Notes: a model not told the origin generated them from the sequence alone. DNA of 64,000 nt from an uncultured Methanoregulaceae archaeon (GCA_963841015.1 CAWJAX010000005.1:224001-288000); one strand, 5' to 3'; counted from the stretch's first letter, positions 31,927 through 43,354 are shown. Translations and numbers: made by a program.

Positions 31927-33324
31927 ATGCTCGATGCACAGCAGATAACACTCCGGTTTCTAGAGACCAAGCTGCAGGTGCATCCCGATGTCGTGCGCTA
32001 TATCCAGGAACAGGATGAGCTGGATCTCATCGAGCGCATTATTGCGCAGGTTCCCGGAGAGACTATTGTAGTTTCGGCTAAACATATTCCCGGCATGAAT
32101 GCCACACGGGATGGGACGCGGTTCCTGTCAGACCCTTCTGTTGAAATTATCAGCGGCAGCCCGGGAACATCCGGCTGTGTGAACGGGACAAGTGATTACC
32201 TCCATTATTTCCGTGACCGGTACAACCGTCTGGGAGGTATGATCCGGAGCCGGTGCGGGGCGATGCCAATCGAGGCACTGACCCGGAACACCCGTTACCG
32301 TCAGGAAGAATGTACAATCATTGGTATGGTCGTCGAGGTGAAGACCACAACAAACGGTCACCGGATTGCCGAGATAGAGGATTCTTCTGCAAATATTCCC
32401 GTGCTCTTCAGAAAAGATCGGCCGGTCTTTTCCGATGCCGAACGCATTATCCCTGACGAAGTAATCGGGGTGAAGGGCAAACTCTCCAATGACGGGAAAC
32501 TCTTTTTTGCCGAGCAGCTGTACCGTCCGGACATACGTATCGATAACACCCCCTTTACAAGTGAACAGCCTGGCAAAGCCGTTTTTATCTCTGATGTCCA
32601 CGTCGGCAGCGACACGTTTCTTGAAGAGTGCTGGAACCGGTTCGCAGACTGGCTTTCGGATTCTGATTTCTCGTATCTCCTGATTGCCGGAGACCTTGTC
32701 GATGGCATCGGTATCTATCCGGGCCAGGAAAGCGAACTGGTGATCAAAAATATCTACGAACAGTATGATGCATTCGGAACAATGATGCGGGACCTTCCCT
32801 CCCGTATGAAGATCATCATATCCCCGGGTAACCATGATGTAGTCAGGGGTGCAGAGCCCCAACCGGTGATCCCGCAACAATTTACAAAAAAATTCCCGGA
32901 TAACTGCATGCTTGTGGAGAACCCTGCACTCGTCAACCTCCAGGGAGTGCGTGTTCTCATGTATCACGGACGATCAATCGATGACATGATTGGTCTGATA
33001 CCTGGTGCATCATACGATCACAGCGGGCTGATGATGGAAGAGATGCTCCAGCGCCGACATCTTGCCCCGGCATATGGGCGCAGGACTCCCATTGCTGCAG
33101 GAAAAACGGACAGGTTAATTATCGACCCGCTGCCGGAGATCCTGCACACCGGACATGTCCACATACGAGGACTGACGCAGTACAGGGGCGTGCTCGGGAT
33201 TAACGCCGGGACATGGCAGTCACAGACTGCATTCCAGAAACAGATGAACGTGAACCCGACACCAGCGCAGGCAGTAGTAGTCGACTTGCAGACACTGTTA
33301 CCAGAAACCTTTGCGTTTTTATAA
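31927..33324 (+). CDS. polB: DNA polymerase D small subunit DP1 (proofreading exonuclease)
   Basis: OB fold plus calcineurin-like motifs SDVHVGS, AGDLVDG, PGNHD, YHG, RRHLAP, GHVH. Confidence 0.95.
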   Translation: MLDAQQITLRFLETKLQVHPDVVRYIQEQDELDLIERIIAQVPGETIVVSAKHIPGMNATRDGTRFLSDPSVEIISGSPGTSGCVNGTSDYLHYFRDRYNRLGGMIRSRCGAMPIEALTRNTRYRQEECTIIGMVVEVKTTTNGHRIAEIEDSSANIPVLFRKDRPVFSDAERIIPDEVIGVKGKLSNDGKLFFAEQLYRPDIRIDNTPFTSEQPGKAVFISDVHVGSDTFLEECWNRFADWLSDSDFSYLLIAGDLVDGIGIYPGQESELVIKNIYEQYDAFGTMMRDLPSRMKIIISPGNHDVVRGAEPQPVIPQQFTKKFPDNCMLVENPALVNLQGVRVLMYHGRSIDDMIGLIPGASYDHSGLMMEEMLQRRHLAPAYGRRTPIAAGKTDRLIIDPLPEILHTGHVHIRGLTQYRGVLGINAGTWQSQTAFQKQMNVNPTPAQAVVVDLQTLLPETFAFL

Positions 33325-33339
33325 AAAAAAAATTGAGTA

Positions 33340-33735
33340 TCATTCGGTTTTTGGACTCTCCGCCATGGCAGGTGCTGGTTCTTTCTTCTTTGGCCCTGCA
33401 ACTGCCACTTTGTAAACTCCGCCACGTGCAGTCAGTGCACCCGGGTAAGCTGGATCCATCGTGAGGCATTTGGTCGGACAGACATCCCCGCAGGAATTGC
33501 AGATCACGCAGCGCATCCGGTCAATCTGCCACGTCTTCTCTTTTACTTCCACGCAGATTGCTCCTGTCGGGCATTTGCGCTGGCATGAACGGCAGGTGAT
33601 ACAGTTTGCAGGATCTATCACGATATGTCCACGGGTTGCCGGGGTCCGTTTTGCGGGCCTGACAGGATACATCAGCGTTGCTGGGCGGGAAAACAGACTT
33701 TTTATGGCCGTTGATGCCATTTTGAGGATTGTCAT
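33340..33735 (-). CDS. echF: Ech hydrogenase subunit F (2x[4Fe-4S])
   Basis: CITCRSCQRKCP and CVICNSCGDVCP; last gene of the operon. Confidence 0.9.
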   Translation of the reverse strand: MTILKMASTAIKSLFSRPATLMYPVRPAKRTPATRGHIVIDPANCITCRSCQRKCPTGAICVEVKEKTWQIDRMRCVICNSCGDVCPTKCLTMDPAYPGALTARGGVYKVAVAGPKKKEPAPAMAESPKTE

Positions 33736-33741
33736 CGTTCA

Positions 33742-34821
33742 TCACCTCTCCGTGCAACTGATACAGGGATCTATTGACAAAACAATTACCGGAACATCTG
33801 CGAGCTGGCAGCCCTTCAACATCATGACCAGAGGCGGAATGTTGGTGAATGTGGGAGTCCTCACCCTCGATCGAACAAGGTTCTTTTTTCCGTTTCCTTT
33901 GACATAATGGACTACTTCTCCCCGGGGCTGTTCAGCCCGCGAGAAGTATTCACCATTCGGTGCACCGGTAATCTTCACATCAATGGGACCGTCAGGGATC
34001 TTTTTTGCCGCTTGTTCTATGATATCAATGGACGAGAACAGCTCCTGTATCCTGACATTGCAGCGTGCATAACAGTCACCTTCAGTTGCAACTATCGGTT
34101 TGAAGTTGAGTTTCCCATATGCAGCATATCCCGTTTCACGCAGATCGATTGCAACCCCGCTCCCCCTTGCTGTGGGTCCCACCGCGCCGCAGTCGTATGC
34201 ATCCTGCTTTGATAACATACCCACGTTTTTTAACCGGTGTTTCACCGAGCTGTCTTCCAGAAACACCCTGGTGATGGTGTGAATATCTTTTTTAATATCC
34301 TTAAGCCGGAGGAGCATTCCCTCCAGTTGTTCACCGGAGATGTCTTTTCTCACACCCCCGACCTTGCAGGCACTCTGGATAACGCGGCCGCCCGTGGTTG
34401 CTTCGAGTTCATCAAGGATGTGCTCCCGAATCCTCCACGAGTTCATGAAAAGGTTTTCAAAACCCATCCCATCGGCAAAACAGCCAAGCCAGAGCAGGTG
34501 GGAGTGAAGTCTTGAATATTCAGACCAGATCGTTCGCAGGTAATGTGCCCGTTCGGGAACCTCAATTCCCATAATCTGCTCGACACCCTGTACATAGACA
34601 AGGCTGTGGATGAAGCTGCAGATACCGCAGATGCGTTCAGCGATGAAGGTGTATTCAGTAAATTCCCGTTTTTCGACGAGTTTTTCGAGACCCCGGTGTA
34701 CATACCCGATTGACGGGAGAACATCGACCACGGTCTCATCCTCAAGCACCAGGTCAAGGTGGATAGGTTCCGGGAGCACCGGGTGCTGTGGCCCGAACGG
34801 AACGATTATTTGTTTTGACAT
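33742..34821 (-). CDS. echE: Ech hydrogenase large [NiFe] subunit
   Basis: PFGPQHP, ERICGIC, DPCISCTER* with no C-terminal extension, as in Ech. Confidence 0.95.
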   Translation of the reverse strand: MSKQIIVPFGPQHPVLPEPIHLDLVLEDETVVDVLPSIGYVHRGLEKLVEKREFTEYTFIAERICGICSFIHSLVYVQGVEQIMGIEVPERAHYLRTIWSEYSRLHSHLLWLGCFADGMGFENLFMNSWRIREHILDELEATTGGRVIQSACKVGGVRKDISGEQLEGMLLRLKDIKKDIHTITRVFLEDSSVKHRLKNVGMLSKQDAYDCGAVGPTARGSGVAIDLRETGYAAYGKLNFKPIVATEGDCYARCNVRIQELFSSIDIIEQAAKKIPDGPIDVKITGAPNGEYFSRAEQPRGEVVHYVKGNGKKNLVRSRVRTPTFTNIPPLVMMLKGCQLADVPVIVLSIDPCISCTER

Positions 34822-35186
34822 GGGTTGTCCTCCTTAAAAGTCGGGATGGAAAACGGATATTTTACCGTTGTTTTGTAGAGTGTTCCTTTGAAATCGATAT
34901 TCATTCCTGCAACAGTGATGCCAAAGAGGTCGTGGATCTCATTTTCATAGATGAACGCCCCCCAATAGACTCCGCTGATGCTGGGCACAACAGTATCCTG
35001 TTTGACCATGATCCGAAGATTCTGGAATTTGTAGTTCCTGTCAAATGAGTAATTGATCTCGTAACCTTCTTCAACACCGGTGCAACCGATCTGGACAAGC
35101 CGGTTGCCTTCTTTTTTCATCTTTTCGACATGGGAGACCAGCTCGCTCACATCAATAGGGATGATGGTCTGTTCCTCGATTGTCAT
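34806..35186 (-). CDS. echD: Ech hydrogenase subunit D (NuoC-like)
   Basis: RLVQIGC, PSISGVY, YENEIHDLFGI. Confidence 0.9.
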   Translation of the reverse strand: MTIEEQTIIPIDVSELVSHVEKMKKEGNRLVQIGCTGVEEGYEINYSFDRNYKFQNLRIMVKQDTVVPSISGVYWGAFIYENEIHDLFGITVAGMNIDFKGTLYKTTVKYPFSIPTFKEDNPCQNK

Positions 35187-35662
35187 TGTGCTCCGCCTCC
35201 TTGTTGTAATTCCACCGGTTGTTGTTCTTTTATGCCAGACTTTGGTGCATTCAGCTTTGCTTCAAGAATTCCCAGCGCTGTCACAATTCCATCGATGATT
35301 GACTCAGGACGTGCGGCACAACCGGGAACGTATACATCAACCGGGATAATCTTGTCAATCCCACCGGCCACATTATAACATTCCCGGAAAACTCCTCCTG
35401 AGCATGCACAGATTCCAACTGCGACAACAACCTTCGGGTTGGGCATCTGTTCATAGAGATTCCGCACCACTTCACGGTTCTGTTCATTTACCGAACCAGT
35501 GATAACGAAGATATCCGCATGCTTCGGGTTTCCCGTATTGATGATCCCGAACCGTTCCACATCATACATCGGCGTCAGACTTGCGAGAACTTCTATATCA
35601 CAGCCATTACAGCTCGTTGCATCATAATGCAGGATCCAGGGAGATTTTGAAAGATAGGTCAT
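35183..35662 (-). CDS. echC: Ech hydrogenase small subunit
   Basis: SPWILHYD.SCNGCDIE, GICACSGG, VPGCAARP. Confidence 0.95.
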   Translation of the reverse strand: MTYLSKSPWILHYDATSCNGCDIEVLASLTPMYDVERFGIINTGNPKHADIFVITGSVNEQNREVVRNLYEQMPNPKVVVAVGICACSGGVFRECYNVAGGIDKIIPVDVYVPGCAARPESIIDGIVTALGILEAKLNAPKSGIKEQQPVELQQGGGAQ

Positions 35663-35665
35663 TGC

Positions 35666-36523
35666 TCACCCCACCCCCAGATAATAAAGGATGGCAAGAT
35701 TTACCACACCCACTATTGCGGCAATCACCCATGAACTTTTCATGACCAGCTGCCACTTCACCCGTGCACTTGCATTGTCAATCAGCAGTTCAAGCAGGTA
35801 GACGAGGATCACCGCGATTATACCAATTATTGGACTGAATGCAAAGAACAGGTACACGAATCCCAGCAGAAAAACAGTTTCATACCAATGGGACACTTCG
35901 ATAAGGCCCAGGGTAGGACCGGAGAATTCGGTAGTGACTCCTTTCACAATCTCCTGGTGGGCATGATGGGAGGTTGAGATATCAAACGGTGATTTGCGCA
36001 GTTTGATAGTGAGAATATAGATGAACCCTATAAAGATCGCCGGAAGGAAAAGAACCAGCGGTAGTGGATAACTGGCTATGGCACTAACGTTGAAACTTTT
36101 TGTAACGACATACATCCCCACCGCAGCGATAATGACCATCGGTTCATATGCCATAATCTGTAGTAATTCGCGTTCTGCTCCGATATGGCTGTAGGGAGAA
36201 TTTGCTGAGTACGCTCCCAGGACAAGAAATATCTGGGCAAGTGTGAGTGCGAAGATAACCAGCAGGATATCTCCTCCCGCAAAGAAGAGTGCCCCGGTAA
36301 AAATCATGAAGATAAAGTAACTAATCACGTAGAAGCGCTGTGCATCGTTTGCAACAGTCTTTTCTTTCTCAAAGAGTTTGCCGACATCATAGAATGGCTG
36401 GAGGACCGGTGGCCCGACCCGCCCCTGCATATGTGCAGTTATCTTGCGGTCAATACCCGCAATTAATCCTCCGATTATTGGTGCAAGGAGTATGAATGCG
36501 ATAAACCCTACAATCGAAATCAT
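35666..36523 (-). CDS. echB: Ech hydrogenase subunit B (NuoH-like)
   Basis: DRKITAHMQGRVGPP, KSPFDISTSHHAHQE. Confidence 0.95.
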   Translation of the reverse strand: MISIVGFIAFILLAPIIGGLIAGIDRKITAHMQGRVGPPVLQPFYDVGKLFEKEKTVANDAQRFYVISYFIFMIFTGALFFAGGDILLVIFALTLAQIFLVLGAYSANSPYSHIGAERELLQIMAYEPMVIIAAVGMYVVTKSFNVSAIASYPLPLVLFLPAIFIGFIYILTIKLRKSPFDISTSHHAHQEIVKGVTTEFSGPTLGLIEVSHWYETVFLLGFVYLFFAFSPIIGIIAVILVYLLELLIDNASARVKWQLVMKSSWVIAAIVGVVNLAILYYLGVG

Positions 36524-38424
36524 ATTATTGCCCCCGCATACGCTGCTGTAAGAACCATGATACCGATTAGTCCGGTGCAGAGATAGATGCCAAGAGTCTG
36601 AAGTTTGACTTCCCCAAACCAGGAGTTTATATAATAGTTGGAGAGTTTCATATCCCGCTTCAGGCCAATTGCTCCGTAGAACGACATGTCCGCATTGGTT
36701 GTCATACCACCCATATAGGGGGTAAGATGCCGGTGCTTGTGGCGTGGCAGGAGGATGCTTAAGGGCAGGAGCACGATCATGAAGAGCATCATGATCATGA
36801 TGATGATATTGTCCTGTGACAACTGGGTTACATTTCCATAATTCTGCAACAGGAATGGCTCGATGAGTGTGCTCGAAATCGCCGGGAAGATGAAGCAGGT
36901 TATCGCTGTCAGCCCCGCAAGGGATATCAGTGCAATCCAGATATTCGAATCAATGCGTGTTTCGAGATTCTCCTGTTCCGGAGTGACGACTAAAAGCCGC
37001 CCCATCCATTTTGCCCAGAAGAAAAGGGTAAGTGCACTGCCAAACGCAAGAATAATGACAAATACAAAACCGTACGGTGCATCAATAAATGCCTGGATCG
37101 CTGCCCATTTTGATATCAGCATACCGAACGGGGCAAGGAACATGCCGGCAATACCAATGACCATCATTGCGGCAATCCTTGGCATCCGCATGACCAACCC
37201 GTTCATATCCTCAATATCACGGCTCTCAATCTTGTGTTCAACCGTTCCGACGGATAGGAACAGGAGGGATTTGGAGATGGCATGGAAGATGATCAGGAGA
37301 ATTGCTGCCCATATCGCTTCATAGGTACCGATACCGGCACAAGCTACGATAAGACCGAGATTTGCAATGGTTGAATAGGCAAGAACACGTTTTGCATTAC
37401 TCTGGGAGATGGCAATCCCGGAAGCGAGGAGGAATGTAAGTGCACCAATAAACGCAAGGACATAGCCGGAAAATGTCGCCTGGAAAATGGGGGCAAGACG
37501 TACAACGATATAGACACCGGCCTTTACCATCGTGCTGGAGTGCAACAGTGCCGATACCGGTGTCGGCGCGACCATTGCCCCGACAAGCCAGGAAGAAAAG
37601 GGCAGCTGGGCTGCTTTTGTCAGGCCGGCAAATCCTATGAGGACAACGGGGATAAGGACGATGGCTTTACCTGAAGCAAGCACTTCATTTAGTCCCATAA
37701 TCCCGCCTCCCTGGGATGCGAGATACAGAATAGCAACTGCAAATGCAACCCCGCCAAGCAGGTTCATCCACAGCGCAGTAAAGGCATTTTTTGTGGCCTC
37801 TTCCGTTTTTGTATACCCGATCAGGAGGAACGAACAGAGTGTTGTGATTTCCCAGAAGAAATACACCCAGAGAAGGTTATTGGAAAAAACCAGACCGAAC
37901 ATAGCAGAGAGGAACACAAACATAATGAAAAAAAATACATTACGCCGATCCTGCAGTTCCTTGTGATGCTCATGGAAATCCTTCATGTAACCCAGAGCAT
38001 ATACGCAGATCAGACTCCCGATGATGCCAATAATCAGAGCCATGATGATCGAGAACTGGTCGATAAAGAGCGAGTACTTCACATCGATGGTGTGAGCGTA
38101 CACCCCCTCAAAATAAAGCATAAGTGAGGATATCAGAAGCACCAGACCGATGACAAGATAATTCTTGAATTTTATACCAAGGTACAGGAGAAAAACTGCA
38201 ATAATTATCTCGATAAAAAACATGAAACGGCCTATTGATTCGGCGTCAAACGAGTAGTATAGCGTTCCTTTGCTGTACTGGCTCACAAGAAGAATAATTG
38301 TCACCGCACCGATACCCAGTGCAGACAGTTTTACAATCCAGTTGCGTTCTGCGTCTTTGCGCACAAGAAGCATAAAGAACGCTGTGATAAGCGGTCCCAA
38401 AATGAGAAATAATAAAAGTTGCAC
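36520..38424 (-). CDS. echA: Ech hydrogenase subunit A (NuoL/MrpA-like)
   Basis: GTG start after GGAGG; FWEITT, KAAQLPF, AMVAPTPVSALLHSSTMVKAGVY. Confidence 0.95.
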   Translation of the reverse strand: MQLLLFLILGPLITAFFMLLVRKDAERNWIVKLSALGIGAVTIILLVSQYSKGTLYYSFDAESIGRFMFFIEIIIAVFLLYLGIKFKNYLVIGLVLLISSLMLYFEGVYAHTIDVKYSLFIDQFSIIMALIIGIIGSLICVYALGYMKDFHEHHKELQDRRNVFFFIMFVFLSAMFGLVFSNNLLWVYFFWEITTLCSFLLIGYTKTEEATKNAFTALWMNLLGGVAFAVAILYLASQGGGIMGLNEVLASGKAIVLIPVVLIGFAGLTKAAQLPFSSWLVGAMVAPTPVSALLHSSTMVKAGVYIVVRLAPIFQATFSGYVLAFIGALTFLLASGIAISQSNAKRVLAYSTIANLGLIVACAGIGTYEAIWAAILLIIFHAISKSLLFLSVGTVEHKIESRDIEDMNGLVMRMPRIAAMMVIGIAGMFLAPFGMLISKWAAIQAFIDAPYGFVFVIILAFGSALTLFFWAKWMGRLLVVTPEQENLETRIDSNIWIALISLAGLTAITCFIFPAISSTLIEPFLLQNYGNVTQLSQDNIIIMIMMLFMIVLLPLSILLPRHKHRHLTPYMGGMTTNADMSFYGAIGLKRDMKLSNYYINSWFGEVKLQTLGIYLCTGLIGIMVLTAAYAGAII

Positions 38425-38846
38425 GCGATGTCCTCCCTCTTTGAAATATGGGTATTTTTCATTATTAATCATATTGAATTGCACCCGATTTTGTATTTCA
38501 TTCTAAGATTTCAGACGAAACCTGAGAAAGACGGATTTACGTAGAGAAAATCCTGATTAACTTGTGACCATAGAGAGGAAGAGTTGGAAAAAATCTTTTA
38601 AATGATAAATGTTTAATGGTTGAAAAATGAACTAATAATCTCTAGGGATGGATTATGGATATGTGGGGCAGAGTCCCGATGCCATTGTTCTTCCTTTGGG
38701 TCATTTAAGCAGATTACTGCCTGTACCAATTATCTTACCTGATGGATTAGTCCGTGTATTCGCATAAGTGATGATATTCAAATGGTTCATGTGCATTGTT
38801 CCTGTCACAAAAAGAATTCCGGGCAACGTTGGAGGGAGATTAAGGA

Positions 38847-40890
38847 ATGTTTGAACTCGCAATAGTTATTGGAATAAGTGTTTTCGCACTCGTCCTCGCG
38901 GCAATACTTGCGCGTAGTGTCCTAGCACAGGATGAAGGTACGCCTAAGATGCGTGAGGTCTCCGATGCGATCAGGGTGGGTGCAGAGGCATTCATCAAAC
39001 GACAGTACTCGACAATCGCCATTCTGGCAATCGTACTTGCCGTTGTAATCTTTGGGGTTTATTTCCTCACAGGACAGCAGGGACTTGCTACCTATACGGC
39101 ACTTGCGTTCATCGTCGGGGCGACCTGTAGTGCACTTGCCGGTATTATCGGCATGTCTGTTGCCGTAAGGACAAATATCCGCACGGCAGCAGCAGCCCAG
39201 ACCAGTGACGGAAAGGCGCTTGACATCTCGTTCAGAGGCGGTGCAGTATCGGGTCTTACCATCACCGCGCTGTCGCTTCTTGGTGTCTCCCTTACCTACT
39301 ATGCACTCGGTGCAGACCCGCAGACCACCCCCTTCATTATTGTCGGATTCGCCTTTGGTGCCTCGTTTGTGGCACTCTTTGCCCAGCTCGGTGGCGGGAT
39401 CTATACCAAGGCCGCCGATGTCGGTGCAGACCTTGTCGGTAAAGTCGAAGCCGGCATACCTGAAGATGACGTCCGGAACCCGGCTGACCATCGCTGACCT
39501 TGTCGGGGACAATGTCGGGGATTGTGCCGGCCGTGGCGCTGACCTGTTCGAATCCACAGCTGCCGAGAATATTGGTGCCATGATCCTCGGTATCGCACTC
39601 TTCCCGGTCTTTGGTGCTGCCGGTGTTCTCTTCCCGCTTGTCATGTGTGCACTGGGTCTCCTTGCCAGCATGATCGGTATCATCTGCGTCCGCGGAAAGG
39701 ACGGCGCAGACCCGATGGATGCAATGAACTTAGGGTATGATATCACAGCAGCCATCTCTGTCGTGTTCTTTTACATTGGCACCATGTGGCTTCTCGGGAA
39801 CATCTGGTTCTTTTACGCAGGTATTGTCGGTATCGTGTTATCCGTTGCATTCCTCCGGGTAACCCTGTATTATACGGACCACCACTATCGCCCGGTACAG
39901 GAAATTGCCGATGCATCGGAAACCGGACCAGCGACCAACATCATTACCGGTTTCTCGGTCGCTCTTGAGACAACCGCTATCCCGGCACTCCTTATTGGCG
40001 GTTCCTTACTCCTCTCCTTCTGGCTCGGTGCCCAGAGTGGTATCCCGTTCGGAGGTCTCTATGGAACTGCAGCTGCAACCATCGGAATGCTCATGGTCTG
40101 TGCCTACGTACTTGCCATGGACTCCTTTGGCCCCATCGCTGACAACGCCGGGGGTATCGTTGAGATGAGCCAGGCACCGGAATCCGTCCGCAAGAGGATG
40201 GACAAGCTCGACGCAGCCGGCAATACAACAAAGGCACTCACCAAAGGATATGCCATAGGCAGTGCTGCACTCGCAGTCTTCCTGCTCTTAAACGCTTACA
40301 TGTCCGAAATCAGCCATCTCATCCACCAACCCTTTGAAGTCATAAATGTTGCATCAATCCCGGTATTTGTCGGCGCCCTGTTCGGAGCAATGCTCATCTT
40401 TGTCTTTGCTGGCCTTGCCATCCGTGCAGTTTCCAGGACCGCACAGTATGTGATTGAAGAGGTCCGTGTCCAGTTCAGGGACCCGGGTATCATGGCCGGG
40501 ACCAAGAAACCCGACTATGCCCGTGTGATCGATATCACTACCCTCGGTGCACTAAAGAATATGGTGCTGCCTGGTGCAATTGCCATCGCGTTTCCCATCA
40601 TCATCGGCGTGACCATGAAATATGAAGCCCTTGCAGGGTTTCTGGTGGTCGGCACAATCACCGGCATACTCCTTGCATTGATCCTCAACAACGGGGGTGG
40701 TGCCTGGGACAATGCCAAGAAATACATAGAATCCGGCGCCCATGGCGGCAAGGGCAGCGAAGCGCACAAAGCGGCAGTTATTGGTGACACGCTTGGTGAT
40801 CCCTGCAAAGACACTGCTGGACCATCCCTTCACGTGCTCATTAAGCTGCTCGCAACGCTCTCGCTCGTGCTCGCGCCACTTTTTATTTAA
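38847..40890 (+). CDS. hppA: Membrane proton-pumping pyrophosphatase, K+-independent type; frameshift near 39487
   Basis: GGGIYTKAADVGADLVGKVEAGIPEDD, DLVGDNVGD, DNAGG, GNTTK (Lys = K+-independent), GDTLGDPCKDT. Confidence 0.92.
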
Positions 40891-40982
40891 TAAATCTTTT
40901 TTTCTTGTTTCTGATTCAGATTTTCAGGAAAAATGATCCTGGGATACCCGACAATCATGTATCATTAAAATACGGATAATAC

Positions 40983-41787
40983 TCATGGATCCCCCTTCAG
41001 CATTCTCTCGTCTTCTGCAATCCATTTTTCCAGTTTCCGGATACCTTCCTCAATATCCTTAATCCGGGCTTCGGTTTCCGCAAGTTGGGCGGATGCCTGT
41101 GCTGCCTTCTCAGGGTTTTCACAGGTAGCGAGAAATGTGCGTATATGGCCCCTGCCGATCTTGAAATTCTCAAGAGCGCCAGCCGCTTTCCGGTAACGCT
41201 CATTATTGGCCTCAAGATTCTTCCGGACACGGGACCCTGTTTCCGATTGCTGCCGGAGCTTTCCCGCTTTTATCGACACCCATACAGCGTCGTGGGTTTT
41301 GCGGATCTTCTGGATGTGATCAAAACAGGATTTTTTGTGTTTTGCAATCATCTCGTGCTTGAATTTCCCCAGTATATCACCGGCATTTTTGAGGGTCTGC
41401 CCACGTTCAACCAGTTCGTGGATCTCCGGCGCCGGGGCATCGATTGGGAGCCGTGCCTGCTCCACCAGATTCATAATTTTATCAAAATGTCCCTGCGAAA
41501 GGGATTCCAGCGTCCCGTACTCGGTCTTTTGTTTCTCCTTAACTTCCCGGCAGAGGTCATGAAACTGTTTCCAGAGCAGATCCCGGTCACTCTTCGCAAG
41601 CGGCTTTCAGCTCTTTGAATAACGAGGTGATGAGTTTTGCCTGGTTCCAGAAATCCTGGTATTTTGTAATGAGAGGGAGATTATTCCGTATTGGATTGGT
41701 TAAAACCGAGAGTTTTTTGTTCTCCCGGTCAAGGAGTTCTGCATTTTTATGTGCGTTTTTGAGCCAGGGATCATCTTCAGGTTTCAT
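40983..41787 (-). CDS. Hypothetical helical/coiled-coil protein (DUF349-like repeats?), frameshift near 41605
   Basis: ORF 41587-41787 joins ORF 40983-41474 via ..KPLAKSDRDLLWKQFHDLCREVKEKQK.. after removing one A. Confidence 0.6.
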
Positions 41788-41958
41788 AAAAAAAAATCTC
41801 GAACGTTTTGGTCTATGAATTAGTGTATCTGTACTGCCAGTCGGGTTTTAAATGATACCCGATACCTGATACCAGCAATCCCCGCACGGTATTTCACGCA
41901 GGGATACTCGATAACTGACCTTCACTCCTATGAGAGGTATATACCCGGTCAATCCCCT

Positions 41959-42141
41959 TCAGGTCACACTTTTCAGATCGACATTCATATCAGTAGAAAT
42001 ACGCGAATATCTTTTCGGGTTCTCTTCAAACTTCTGTTTGCACCAGTTGCAGCAAAAGTAATACATCTGGTCTTTGTACATACTGGTGAATTTAGCATCT
42101 TCTTCATCAACAATCATCAGACAGACAGGATCGGTAGACAT
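41959..42141 (-). CDS. YHS/TRASH metal-binding small protein
   Basis: DPVC.M.V...YKDQMYYFCCNWCKQKFEENPKRY. Confidence 0.85.
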   Translation of the reverse strand: MSTDPVCLMIVDEEDAKFTSMYKDQMYYFCCNWCKQKFEENPKRYSRISTDMNVDLKSVT

Positions 42142-42468
42142 AGTGAGTTGCCTCGTTAGCTTGTAATAGAATCGGGTGTGTTTCCTTAAGTGTTATCGCC
42201 TATTATGATCCGGAATTCTGTTTATCCAACAATAAACGGTATCATCCAGGTGTTCTCCCGGTGGCATGTTTTTCAAATCGGCGGTAATAGTGGATTACAG
42301 GTTGCGGACTCATATGAGCTTTGAAGAATGATGGATATCACCCGCTTTGAGAAATTACGGGTGTTCCCAGAGAAGATTTTGGAATCATGTCTTCTGAGAT
42401 TTCGTAAAATTTTATTATATAATTTCATTCGTTGGAATGAATCGTGCCGGGTGTCCTGACAAACCAGT

Positions 42469-42657
42469 TTAACACGAAGCCCCGCCTGGGCCAATATTAA
42501 CATCTGATGGGATTTGCGAATATCTCTGTGGATTTTCATCAAACTTTTTTTTGCAGTAGTTCGTGCAGAAATGATACTTCTGACCTTTGTATGTGCTTGT
42601 GAATCGGGCCTCATCGTCATCAACTATTGCAAAACAGACAGGATCGGTAGCCATCAT
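42469..42657 (-). CDS. YHS/TRASH metal-binding small protein (paralog)
   Basis: DPVC...YKGQKYHFCTNYCKKKFDENPQRY. Confidence 0.85.
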   Translation of the reverse strand: MMATDPVCFAIVDDDEARFTSTYKGQKYHFCTNYCKKKFDENPQRYSQIPSDVNIGPGGASC

Positions 42658-42841
42658 TTATCCCTGATACTCCACATTATCTGCACTTGTTTTTAAAAAT
42701 TGTGCCAATAACTGAAAGGCAGGTCAGTACTTGAGGCAGTCCAAAAGGGAATTATCAAATAGTGCTGACATTTGAAAGATACAGAGAGTTTCAGGCCGAT
42801 CATTTATAGAGGGCCTGCACAAAATACGGTAAGGACCACCC

Positions 42842-43345
42842 ATGACAGCACGGATTCTTGTTGCGTACGCATCACGGAAAGGATCGACTGCCGGGATCGC
42901 TCAGGCAATTGGCAAGGAACTCACCATAGAAGGATATACTGTTGATGTCAGTGAAATGAAATTGATCACCTCACTTGCGGGATACAATGCAGTTGTGATA
43001 GGTGCACCTGTGTATACAGGAAAGGTAACCGGGGATGTGGCAGCATTTGTTTCAACCAATAAAGATGAGCTTTCACGGGTGCCGGTTGCAGGATTTGTTA
43101 CGGGCATTGCTCCAGTGTTTCCAAAGACTGGCGATGTGAAAGGGTTCACTGACCAGCTTGTCACCGCCTTATCTCCCGTACGTCCGGTCGCGGTAACGAT
43201 GTTTGCCGGAACTCTTGATGCTGGCAAAATGAACCTTGTTGAACGAAGCCTGACAACGCTTATGAAAGTACCGACAGGTGATTTCCGTGACTGGGATGCA
43301 ATCGCAGCCTGGGCTAAGACACTCGCTGGGAAGATGGGAATATGA
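42842..43345 (+). CDS. Flavodoxin domain protein (HemG-like)
   Basis: VAYASRKGST, IGAPVY, FAG.L, GDFRDWDAI. Confidence 0.88.
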   Translation: MTARILVAYASRKGSTAGIAQAIGKELTIEGYTVDVSEMKLITSLAGYNAVVIGAPVYTGKVTGDVAAFVSTNKDELSRVPVAGFVTGIAPVFPKTGDVKGFTDQLVTALSPVRPVAVTMFAGTLDAGKMNLVERSLTTLMKVPTGDFRDWDAIAAWAKTLAGKMGI

Positions 43346-43354
43346 GGGGGGTCT

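Noticed and set aside
38500-38846. Riboswitch upstream of hppA
   Set aside because: No recognisable consensus or convincing stems
38922-39755. Long antisense ORFs (also 32128-32967, 10086-10697, 21672-22301 and others)
   Set aside because: Shadow frames of well-supported genes on the opposite strand, with no recognisable motifs
42150-42460. Small ORFs between the two YHS genes
   Set aside because: Only ORFs of about 16-24 codons with no motif; the 116-aa ORF overlaps the YHS gene out of frame
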